In this document: in pieces, positions 52,441 to 64,000 of the stretch
How positions within the stretch are numbered: the stretch's first letter is position 1
How the letters are laid out: the number at the start of each line of letters is the position of its first letter
DNA from: Geosiphon pyriformis uo1
Lineage: Eukaryota > Fungi > Glomeromycota
Assembly (NCBI GenBank): GCA_016748015.1
Contig: JAAOMT010000502.1
Location: forward strand, 496,001 to 560,000
Reading direction: 5' to 3'
Length of the DNA: 64,000 bases
Position numbers and translations under genes: made by a program
The notes under the pieces: model-generated
Database searches by the model: none
The model's input: only the letters and a program-made list of their open reading frames with translations
What the model was told of the DNA's origin: nothing

Positions 52441-54690
52441 AATCTGTATACTTTTTGTTTCCTTAATTTTATGATCATGACCAGAGCAAAGAGTAAAAAA
52501 GCTTTACCTGATATCTGTCTTAAGATATCTAATAAAATTTCAACCAGAGAAGCTCTTTCTGTTGTAGAAGCAACTAAGCAGAACGTTTTAAAAGCCTTTC
52601 CCCTACCCAGTAATCATAATAAACTGCCTTTGGTAGCCATTAAAGTAACTTCCTTGTCTTTGGCTGGTTTCTCACCAGTCAAAGTTCCCTCAAAGAGACA
52701 CACTTGGGTTAGTCCCAGTGTTGCCTCCACCTCAACTAAAAGCCCAAAAGTTTTTAATAATAGACCAGTAAATAAACTGGTCTTCCCCTCTTTAGATTCA
52801 ACACCTGGTGTTTTTAGCACCACCTTTTCAAAAAAAATGGTCAAAAAGACCAAAAGTTCAGAAAAGTGGGAGCAGTTGCTTGCCTCTGCTATTGTTACAC
52901 TGAACCCCTTTGTGGTTCTCAATGAAATTTTAAATAAGATCTTCATAGTATCATTCAGCACATTATTCAAGATGGGCTTAGATCAACCCCTAACTGTGTT
53001 GCCAAATGTGGTGTCTTCTAGCAGATCATCATTGGTTTTAGAAGCAAAATAATTTCCTCCTATTGGATCACCTGTTCTTGAAAACTGGGCTGATCAAATG
53101 GGAACTGAATCATCTCCTTCTTTAGTTTCTGGTGCTACTTCTGATGGTGCTTGGGAAACTATTACTAGTCATCAAAGATTTGCTGGGTGAGTGGTCTTCA
53201 CTCTGATGCTTAGTGCTACTTTTAAAATCAAATTGGCTTATGTTAAGGCTGTTTTTCAGTCTGTACATGGTTTTTTGGGTGCTAAGTCTGTTTCAAAAGA
53301 CAATGTGAAGCTTTTTTGTGTGGAATTTGCTTCTTAAATCTCTTTAGATGCTGTGTTTTTAGTTAAGCTTACAAGCTCTGTTTATCTTGCCACTTTTAAA
53401 ATTGCCAAGTCTTTGGTGGTTTCTGAGTCTGGATCCCTTTCTACTGCTGTTGTGCTGCATGATGTGCCTTTGGGTGTGTCTGCTGCTGACATTAAGACAG
53501 CTTTTAGTGTTTTTGATATGGTTACATGTGTTGTGCTGAAGCCTGCTGGCATTTGGCAATATGTGGTAGTTCATTTTAAGAAATTGGATTCTGTCATGTC
53601 TGCTTTGAATTATTGGTCAGTATTGGTGAGCAGGAATAGTGTTAGAATTCTTTTTTTGGTGAATTAAAATGAGACTATTTTGTCTCGTAATAGATTTAAG
53701 GCCAAGTTGGTCAACCTTCTTTCTGGCTGTACTGTCTTTGAAATCAGTAATATGATTTCTCAGGTTGGTGGCCAGTCTTGTTTCATTTTTTGGTCTCCTG
53801 ATTCTGATCATTATCTCCGTTTTGCTCTAGTTATGTTTGGCTCCCAAGCTGATTTGAATCTTGCTATTGCCAATACTAATATGCTTAGAAAGTGTCGTAT
53901 TTGGTGAGAGACTTCTAATTGTCAGCATTGTTTTTGGTATTAAGAAACAGATCACTTGGCTGTAGACTGTAAAGTTGCTTTATCTTCCTTTCCTAAGACT
54001 CTTAAAGTGTTCAAACCATCTGCTCCTTCTGTTGTGTCTGAATTTTTTCCTTTGGTGGCTTCTGTCTCTCTTGTGGCTGTTGTTGATTCTGCTGTTGGGT
54101 CCAGATTGGATTCTTTGGAAAAGCAAATTTCGGATTTGGCTGCCTTAGATAAGTCTATTGTTGAGCCAGTTGGCTCTTTGGTTGTCTTGGTATCTTGTCT
54201 CCTTGATGATAATGCTGTTAAGACTGTTTAGTTAGAGAAAAATTTTTTTTCTATGAAATATGCTTCTAACAATTTTGCTAATCTTTTGGTTGGTGTGTCT
54301 AAAAAAATTGCTTGTCTTAGATCTAAAGTTGACTTTGGTGGTATAGATTATGATGATATGCAGGCCACCAAACTTTTTCTTTTGAGCAAAAATACTCTTG
54401 AGTGTGTTATTGTTTTGTGGCAAATGTCGGGTGCTGAGGTTAGAAGTAGTGTTAAATTTACTAGATTATTTCTTAGTGAGTTTATTTTTGATTCTAGAAA
54501 TCTGAATGGTGTGATTGAAAAAATTTATGGGTTGAGATTATTTTCATCTTCTATTGTTTCAGCTTAGTTAGTGCTTTGACTGATTTGAGTGGTTTGTTAC
54601 ATGTAGAAAATGTGTGATTCACATCTAATTTGTAATCCCTTAGTGGTACATAGTATTAAATAGTATTTGGGCACACTTTGTTAAAACATA
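52441..54690 (+). mobile_element. ORF1-only non-autonomous LINE derivative (HAL1-like)
   Basis: ORFs 52471, 53353, 53680, 53956 and 54253 lie in one frame (699 codons) homologous to ORF1 (VVLHDVPLG..WQYVVVHF, GGQSCFI, knuckle, coiled coil). The stop at 54567 is followed directly by the LINE-type 3' UTR. Confidence 0.8.
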
Positions 54691-55159
54691 ATTAATATTA
54701 TATTTTATATTAATTTAATTAAATATTATCTTTTAAAATTACAAATAAACTAGTATTTATTGTTTTAATTATAAAACAATTAATATTTAAAGTTTGATTT
54801 AATCTTATATTAATTAAAAATTGTTTTTAAACAACAAATAAACTAAAAAAAGCTGACTAAAAACTTTTAAAATCTTAAACCATGTTTAATTAAATTATTA
54901 TTTATAATTAATACAACTTTAAAGTTTAAAAAATCCAAATATAAACTTAAAATAAATACATAAATTTTATTAAACTTGTTTATAATTCATAATTTAATAT
55001 TATTTTTAATTTTATTTTAGTTATAATTAAAATTATATTGTTTATATTTCTATATTATATATAACAATTTTACAAATTAGCTTTGATATTAAAAATTAAA
55101 ATTAAAATCAATATATAATTAATTTAACTCTGTTAATACTATAACTAAATAAAAAAATA

Positions 55160-55453
55160 AATAAAACTTTTTTTTTTATATTCAAAAATTTTCAAAGAGC
55201 ATTTTTTAAAAAAGTTTTTTGTCTTTATTTTTTTAGTAATATTACTTTCAATATTTTTTAAGCTAATAATTTTTTTGTAATAAACTTGAAAACTGCTTTA
55301 AGTAGCAATATATTTAAAAAAAAGATGTCTAAAAGAGCATTTTATGATTTAGTTGAAAGTTTTTTTTTTTTAGAAAAAGAAAGTTTCTGTAGGTAATATT
55401 AAATACTTTGATAATGAAAAAGAAATTTCTTTGGTTAAATCTGGTCTTGGCAG
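55160..55453 (+). mobile_element. 5' end of another decayed LINE (ORF1 start), interrupted
   Basis: MSKRAFYDLVESFFF*KKKVSVGNIKYFDNEKEISLVKSG resembles a LINE ORF1 N-terminus of this family; recognised by eye only. Confidence 0.5.
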
Positions 55454-58400
55454 TGTTATAGATAAATTTAATAAAGTATAATAATAATATTTGGTGCTCT
55501 AAATTTGAGTAAGAAGAACTTAAATGTTTTTTTTATAGGCTTGTATGATATGTTATTGTTATTAGTCTCTAAAAATCTCTTAATAAATATGAATTTACTT
55601 ATGAAATTCTTTGATTATAAGGCACAAAGATATAGTTTTGTAATGTTGTAATTTGTATATGTGAGCTATTTTTTCTAAGCTAATTGAACACAATTACTAG
55701 AGTTTAACAATATCTTTTTGCCCTTTTGATAAGCTAATAAAATAATATTAATATCCAATTCTAAAAAAAGCTTCTCTTTTTATTAGATTATCACAAAGTT
55801 TATTCTTAGATAGTTAATTTTCTTATATTACTGCTTTATAAAAAAATAAAAAAAATAAAAAAAAATAAAAAAAATAAAAGACAAAAAAAAATAAAAAATA
55901 AAATAAAACTTGAAAAAAATTAATATTGTCAATTGTTATAATTAAAAACAATTGGTCTAAATTGTTATTTGTTCAAGACATTTTATGCTAAAAGCATCTG
56001 ATCAAAAATGAAGATAAGGGAATAAGTAATTTGGTTTAAACATAAGATTTGAAAATCATAGATAAGTAATTTTTAATATCAAATATTTTTTTTATTTAAG
56101 ATAATATAAATATATATAAATAAGATAAATCTAGTAGATATGAATAAAAGATATATTTCTTGGTCTGTTTTTTTTTTTACTGTTAAAATTACTTATTTTT
56201 ATATATATTTTTAGTTTTATAAGATTGTTTTTTGATTATTTGTTATTATTAACTATTACTTGCTATTTCTGTTATTGCTTTGTTTTTTTATATTATAATT
56301 AGTTATTTTATGTTATGGCTAATTATTCTGTGCTATTTTATATTATTGTGTTATTTTGTGTTATTTTGAGTTATAATATATTATTCTGTATTATTTTGTG
56401 TTATTATATTTTTTTATATTATCACATTTTTTAATCACGTTTTTTCAATATCTTTTGGATTTGTTTTTTTTATTTGAGTAACATTATTTCTTTTTTTTAA
56501 AATTAAGCTTCTGCAAAATTGTATATATTTGTAAAAATTGTTTTTTTAATATAGTGTTCAATTATTGTATTGAGTATTGCTTTTTGTAGATTTTTAAACT
56601 GTGTATTTATTATACATCTTATGTTGTTGACTGTAATAGTTTTTAGTGTATTATTTAGTAGTATGGCTAAACAGTATTTAAAGACTGTATACAATCAGTT
56701 GGTTGCTTTATAGTGTAATGTTAAATTGCTTCTTTCTATGAATTTTTCTACATGTTTAAAAGCTTTTTTGTTGAAGATTTGTTTGTTGAAGTTTTCATAT
56801 AGTGTTTTTAATTTTAGTTGTTTACTAATTTTAAAGAACCAGTAAACTAGTGAAAGTTTTTTTTTTCACTTTTTGGTATTTTTTGGTGTTTATTTTCCTA
56901 TGTTAAGTAGTTTGGTCTTCTGAAAAAAATTTTATTGGATTTTTTTTAGTATTAGAGACCATATGTTTTTTTTTTTTAATTGTTTATAGAGATAAAAACA
57001 CTCAGTTTTAGTTGAATTCTCACTCACTCTTTTTTTATATGAATTTCTGTATTGTATTTTTTTTTTATCAATTATAATTTTTATTGGTGTTGTGAATTGT
57101 TGAATTTTTTCAAATAGTTGTTTTAAAAGTTTTAAAATTTGATTTAAAAAGTTTATGTTAAAAGTTTTATTGTCTTCTTTCTTGTTGTTATAGTTTTTAT
57201 ATATATTTAAATTTGTAATTTAATTTATTATTAGTGAACTATATTTTGATGATGATAATTAGTTCCAGATTTTATAATATATTTTTTGGTTTGATTAATA
57301 GAATTTATGTTTCTAGTTGAAATATGAATGATAATGATCTTTAGTTAGTATGATAAATTTTTGGTTAATTTTTATACACTATTTTCTTTAAAATTTTGTT
57401 TTTTAATTATAATTTTTATGCTTTATTGCTTAAAACTTCGTGCATATGAAATGGTCTATCTTATTTTAAGTTAAACTTTTCACTTTACTGTTTTATAGCT
57501 TTAGTATAATATAATAATACTTTGTTTTTAATTTTGAATTTAGCTGGTTGGTCAGATAAGTGATATTATGTCTTTTTTTTGTTATTTCTGAGTATTATTA
57601 ATATTGTTAACTGCTGTTTTATAATTGTTTTTTAATGTTTTTATTAGTTGGTATGTTTTTTGATATAAAATAGCTTTAAAATTTTTTTTGGTGATTTTTA
57701 ATAGATAGAATGGTTTGTCTTCCATAGATTAATTTGAATAGTATAAACTAAGTAGTATTTGCTTTAGTGTTTAATATGTAAATAATATAAAAAATATAAA
57801 TAAATTCCATTCTTGTGTATTTTTGTAACTTATTTTTGCTAATGTTTTATATAATGTTTAGTTAAATTGTTTTACCAGTTTATTCATTTGTAAGTAATAT
57901 GGCAATAATAATAGTTATTTTATTCTAAATTATTGGCTTAGTTTGGTTAATGTACTATTGACAAAATAAGTTTTTTGGTCAAATAATAATTTTTTTAGGC
58001 ATCTATGTTAGCAAATTAGATCTTAATACACAAATTTGGTTATTGTTTTAGCATTAGTCATTGGAATAGCTTTGGCTTCAAGCCATTTGATAAAATAGTC
58101 TACAACTACAATAATATAACAATTTTTTTTAGATATAATTAAGAAAAAACCAACCAAATTAATTCTAATTTTATTAAATGGATTTCAACTGAAATGGGTT
58201 AAAGTAGTTCCATAGTTCTGGTTTCTTTTTTCTGTTGATATAAATTACAATTGATGACATATTTAAAGATATTCTTATACATCATTGACCAATAGTATAG
58301 ATTTATTGTTCTTTCTAAAATAGCATCTTTGTTGAAGTGTCTTGTAGTTGAATCAGAATACATACTATACAAAACAGTTTCTTTTTTATTGTTTTTTATA

Positions 58401-61400
58401 ACTTGTTGTAGAATAGTGCAGTTTTAGCATTTTCAATAATATAGTTGATTGTTCTAAATAAAGTAATTATAAGCTTATTTCTATATAATACTTTGTTTTT
58501 GTTAAGATAATTTCTTTTTGAATTAAAGTATTAATAAATACTGGTGTAATTGCTAATAAGTAATTATATTTATGAGTTTAAGATTATATTTGTGTTATTT
58601 TCAACAAACTGTCAGCATTGGTGTTTTTGAATTTTTTTTTATAATAGATTTTATATGGGAATCATTGTAGATAAGTACTTTATTGTACATATTTTTCTTT
58701 AAATTGTGGCTTGTTAAGTAATTAAATAAGTTTTTTGTAATTAATATATAGATTTAATGGTTGATAAAGATAGTGTTTCCAATTTTGTACTGTTCAATAA
58801 ATGGTAAGATATTTTAAATCTATTATGTTGTATATTTTTTTCACTATACTGGTATTGTGACTAGTATAGACAATTAAATATTCTCTATTGTTTGATCTAA
58901 TTTATAATAAAATAGCTTTTAATGCATTTTTTAAGGTGTTTGTAGTAACAATAAAATATTTATTGAAGTCTAAGTAAATCAATATGAGAGCTTTGATTAG
59001 TCATTGTTTAAGATACTTGAAAGCTTTTTTTTGTTTTTTTTTTATAAATATGGGACATATTTTAACAGCAAATGATAAAGTGGTTTTGCAATGTCAGAAA
59101 AGTATTTGACAAATCTGTGATAGTATTTAGTTAGTTTTAAAAATTCTCTTAATTTTCATAGAATGGTCAAGACTGAAAAATCTTTGACTTTTTGAATTTT
59201 GTTTGAGTTAGGCTTTACTCCATATTTGTCTATTATATGTCTCAGAAATTCTAGTTTGGTTTTCTTAAAAAAGTATTTGTCTGGATTGAGTTTGAGTTTA
59301 GTGCTTTAAAAGTAATTAAAAACTTGTTAGAGGTGAAGCAAGTGATTATTAAATATTTCAGAAAATATATTGGTATTGTCTATGTATATTACAACTGATT
59401 TTCAGAGAATTTTTTTATATATAACATTCATAAAATACTAAAAAGTAACAAAAACATTACAGAGTTCAAAAGACATTATATTAATTTCAAAATTTTTATT
59501 TCATATAGTAAATACCATTTTTTTTTGTCTTTGAAGTTTATTTTAACTTGCCAATATTTATTGACTAGATTCAATAATAAAAACCATTTCTTATTTTATA
59601 AATTATCTAGAATTTTTTGAATAAGAAAAGTTAAGTAGTTATTTTCTTAAATAATATTATTAAGCTTTTAATAGTCTACATAAAATTGTATTTTTCCATT
59701 TTTTTTGTGACTAATATAACTGGAAAAAATTAAAAACTTAATAATTTTTTAATTAATTTATTATCTAGTATTTATTGTACCTCTTGTTTAATCAAGTTAT
59801 TGCTGATAGGAGTTACTTAGTAGACTTATTGTTTAATGAGTTGGACATTTTTCATATTAATCTGGTATTTCATGATATTAATGCCTTTGAATTCATTTTT
59901 GTTGGCAAAGACATTGGCATATTGATTTAAGAAGACTTTAAATTGTATTTGTTGTAATGTACTTAAGTTTTCTAAGTTTAGTTTAGTAATTTCTTCTAGT
60001 ATAAATAGATAACTTTCTTTTGGCAGATTTTATACTTGTAAAGTAATATCACAAAATAAAAACAATTGTGCAAAGTCTGAAATAGGCTAAAGTTTTTTAG
60101 AATTCTGAATGTTCAGGAAAATAAAGCCAATAAAAATTTTTTTGAGAGTTTTGATAACATCTTTAATAGGATTGTAGATGAAAATTTTGAAATATTTGTG
60201 AGGTTTAGCAAATATATAAACCTTAGCAATATTGGCTAGAGAACAGATTTTCAAATTAGCTTCAAATAATAAGACCTGATTCTAAATTTTTTGATCTACT
60301 TTTAAAATATACTGTCAATATAAGAGAATGAAAATAACTATATTGGTATAGATGAATTCTATCTTATTACTGTTTTTTTCTATAAAATTAACTGGTATAT
60401 TTTTTTTTTACTTGATTCAAATCTGTTAATTTTTCATGCAATAAGATCTAATTTTTTACACATAATAACTAAAGTTAATTGTGGTATTTTATAAAAGATA
60501 AAAATAGCTTGGACAATTTTTTCTTATAATTCAATTATGTAGAGTTTATTGAAATTGTTCTGCAATATTACAATAATGTTTTCAATATATTCAGCATTAA
60601 TAATTCTTCTTTTCATGTTGATTTTTTTTTGCAAGACTAAACTAGAAGGCAACTTAAATTATAGTATTGATAAGAATTTTTAAAGTTATTTTTACAAAAA
60701 AGTATAAAGCTATACTTATAGAAAATTGTTCAGAGTATCTTAAATCAAATTCAATATTGTTTTTATGTGTTTTTTTAAAGCATTCTATTGTTGTTATTAT
60801 ACCATTTCAATTCTAACTTTTTAAAGAGATTAAAATAAACAAAATACTGTTATATTTTGGTAGTTTTGCTTTGTCTTTGAAATAATATGTTTTTAGTAGT
60901 AAATTTATATTCTTTCTTAGATTCTGGTAGTTTAGTAATAGAGTATAGGGTTTTTAAAAGTGAATTAAACAAAAAATTACATTTATTACAGTACTAAAAA
61001 TGCCAAGAGATTAAACAATAATTGTACAGTTTTGTATTAAAGTTTGTTAGTCTCTGTTTCTGTTCTTTTTGAATAGAGACCAGTTCTTGGTAATAGCTTT
61101 AAAATACTTTAGAGTCATTTGTAAATAGATTGTCCATTTTTTTGATAGTTACTAAAGTATTCTTTATGATGTATATTTCCTTAATTGTAGTGTTTTCTTA
61201 TTTGGCTGTGACTATTTTCCAAATTTTTTTTTTATTATAGAAATATGAATTCAGTTAATTTATTGCTTGACTATAAGCCATGACTAATAGAGTTTTTTTT
61301 GGATCCAGCCATTAATTAAAATAGTGTACTAACAAAATTTGTTGCATGTTTTTCTTTTGCCAAAGACATCATTCTACAATTTTTCATTTGGTAAAATTTT

Positions 61401-64000
61401 GTTATATGTAAAATATGATGTATTGTTCTATTTGTCTTATCATTTTGGTCTTTTAAATCATTTTAATACACAAAATCAGCAATAGTATTTGGTAACAATT
61501 AGTCATACTTCATTGTCTTTAATACAAACATCTATTGAAAACAATTTTTTTTTACAATTAATATAGATTAATTTCAGGAATTAGAGTTGATTTTTTTAAT
61601 TCAGAATTAGATAAATTGATGATATTGTTATGAGTTCTTTCTTAGTTTTTTTTTTACTTTTTTTCTCATGTGAAAAGTAGTAATAGCTCTATTTTATAAT
61701 TGTTAGCCCAAGAAACTTGATAAGTTTTTAAAATTGGCTAGGAAGTAGGTTCTTCAAATTCAATTAGGAGTTGTTTTGAAATTACTATTTTAAAGTATTC
61801 ACATATAGTAAGTACTTTAGTATATTGTCTATTAAAGATAATTTGAAGTTCTTGAATGTTCTAGTCAAGCATAGCATAAGCTTTAGTTAATCAACTATTT
61901 TCTATAAAAGCTTGATACTGGATGGCTTCTATAATAAGTACTTTAGTTAAAATATTGATTTTGTGTATTTTGAAGAGAAAGTTGTCAATTTCTCTTATTG
62001 GTGTTTTGATATTTCTATCCATGATAATTATTTTAATAGTGGCTGCACAATTTATTCAATAATTTAATTGATTTATAAGTTGTTTTATAATTATACTGCT
62101 TGCAGATTTATTGTTAAGTATTAATTTAATATGTAATTTTCTTACTTTGACATTGGTGTACATTGCCATAATTGGCTTATTTTGATTAATAACAGCTTTG
62201 CTAAAAAGATCAATAATGTTTAAATTATTAATATTAAACAAAAATATAACAGTAAGGGTATTATTTTTAGTAATTGTGGCAAATAAAATTGTATTGGTAA
62301 ACAGATTTGTGTTCTAAGTAAAAGAATTGATAATTCTGACTAAATTTTTTTCTTCTAAAAGTATAATATTACCAAAATCTAGAATCTTTGTAAGACCAAG
62401 ATATGAGTCTTGGTTTGAATATTTAGTTTGTGTTGTTTAAAATAGTATGTTATTATAATTTACTGGTTAAGATAGCTTACTAATAAGTTGTATCTAATTT
62501 CTATTAATGTTTTGCCATTCTTAATTATAGTTAATTACTCGAAATCTGGGATAGTTATATATAAAAGCTTAATACTAAGACATTGTTTATACCATTGCTT
62601 ATAATTGCTAATAGTAATTTTGGAGTGGTGGATGTAAGTACTATAATGGTTAATATTGAAATATAAGATATTAGAGTTCTATAACTTAAGGATATCTTAG
62701 TTGTTATTAATATTGGTTTTTTCAGTTTTGGTTTGCTACTTTTTTTCAGCAATTTCTGACAATGTTTTTGAATTTTTGACAGTAGTAACAATTGTAAAAT
62801 CTGATTTTCAAGATCATGGAATCCATTAATAATAATTCAAATTACCACTTCAAAATTCATAATCTTCATTATTAAATAGAATATTGTTATTATTGTTGTC
62901 AATTTTATTATTGCTGGTATTTATTGATATTGTTTTTTATTGTAATAGTTAATAAGTTCCTGTAGTTTCAGCTAAAAATTGCTCAATTTGTTGAGTTAAT
63001 TTTTTACTTAATTGGGTAAGTTTTGTGTTATTATTAAAGATTTTATTCATAGCCAAATTAACAATTTGAGTATAATTGGCTTCTTGTTTTACTGATTTAA
63101 TATTATAGGCAAAGATAACTACATTTTGCAAATTAGTCAGATGACTGGATCTCATAGATTATAAGATGCTGCTTCTTAATTTTTTAATAAATTGGTTGAA
63201 AATTTGTTCTGTAGTATAATAGTCTTGTTTAATTATCTGTATCTGTTAAAAAATTTGATTAAACCTTTCAAAATAAGTAATTACTGCTTTATAATCTTTC
63301 TGTTTTATTATGCTAAACTGATTTTATAGCTTGATAAGTGTATTGAAATTGCAGAAATACTATAAAAAAACAAGTTTAAATACAACAAAGTTAATTGGTT
63401 TCTCTTTAAGACTTTGATACCATAAGTTTTTGGTTTTTGTTAAAAAAATTGACAGTGTTTAAATTGTTCTGATATTATTATAATTGTTGGCATTAATTGC
63501 TTTCTCAGCTTTTGCAATTTAGGTATATGTATTGTCTTTTTTACTAGAAAACTTTTCTAGTTTAGCAATATTTCAATAAGCTATAATCTGAGTAATAAAA
63601 AATGGTTTACTTATTAACAATAAGGAAACTAATAATAGTATATTTAGTTGTTTTGTGAGATTTAAGGCTGGTTGTTTTTTTTTGTTAATTGGTTTAATAG
63701 ACTGCAAGATAGTTGTTCTTTCTAAAAAAGTAGTTGCTAATTTAGTTAAAAGTAATACTAGTGGTAGTATTTAAGATAACATGTTTTTTCCAAGTTTATT
63801 GACTGCTAGAGTAAGATTTTTAAACAACAATTCATATTTTCTTAGAGATTTAGTCCAAAAATTGTTATTATAGTTTCAAGAGTATAGAGTTCTGAAAGTT
63901 TTTGGAGTTTTTGCTTGTGTTTCTATAAATTGGTTGAATAAAATTTTACTTTCCAGTGTTTGATAATATAAAAAAGTAATTGATAAAAAAACCTTGATTT
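55454..64000 (-). mobile_element. Decayed Ty3/Gypsy element D (gag-PR-Cys-rich-dUTPase-RT-RH-IN), running off the window
   Basis: Protease IKLILNNKSASSII (~62110), dUTPase 60405-60810, RT VIYIDN (~59385), integrase ~57400-58400. PPT at 56484-56500 adjoins LTR end GTAACA at 56483. The left LTR boundary is uncertain. Confidence 0.88.
60405..60810 (-). pseudogene. dUTPase domain in the pol of element D
   Basis: Five motifs in order, each restored mainly by reversing transitions: NIEFDLRY (DAGFDL), VAF*FSLAK (ASRSSLA), RRIINAEYIEN (GGIIDAGY.G), KIVQAIF (KIAQ), A*KINRFESS (RG..GFGSS). Confidence 0.85.

Overview
AT-rich, intron-containing eukaryotic DNA. The gene and retroelement families point to a Glomeromycotina fungus, most like Geosiphon pyriformis (inference from family recognition; no search was run). 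The window has three zones. (1) 1-12.1 kb: nested decayed retroelements, including a minus-strand LINE split by a full-length Ty3/Gypsy element (3340-11058, ATAT target duplication) and by further LTR pieces. (2) 12.1-36 kb: a gene island with a damaged TKL-type kinase (containing a Nextera/Tn5 adapter, so probably an assembly artefact), an ARF-family GTPase, two LaeA-like SAM methyltransferases and a class-3 lipase lacking the catalytic Ser. (3) 36-64 kb: ultra-AT-rich DNA holding two EN-RT-RNaseH LINEs, an ORF1-only (HAL1-like) element sharing their structured 3' tail, and a Gypsy element with Cys-rich and dUTPase domains. Two signals stand out. First, two relics of a Fanzor2/IS607-TnpB-type RNA-guided nuclease (18.7-19.2 kb and 35.9-36.5 kb, minus strand, absent from the ORF track) share a conserved downstream non-coding segment that folds into hairpins in the left copy, as expected of an omegaRNA. 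Second, repeats show a RIP-like C>T/G>A hypermutation (25 transitions to 1 transversion in the first 140 bp of the paired LTRs) that is not limited to CpG and spares the genes.
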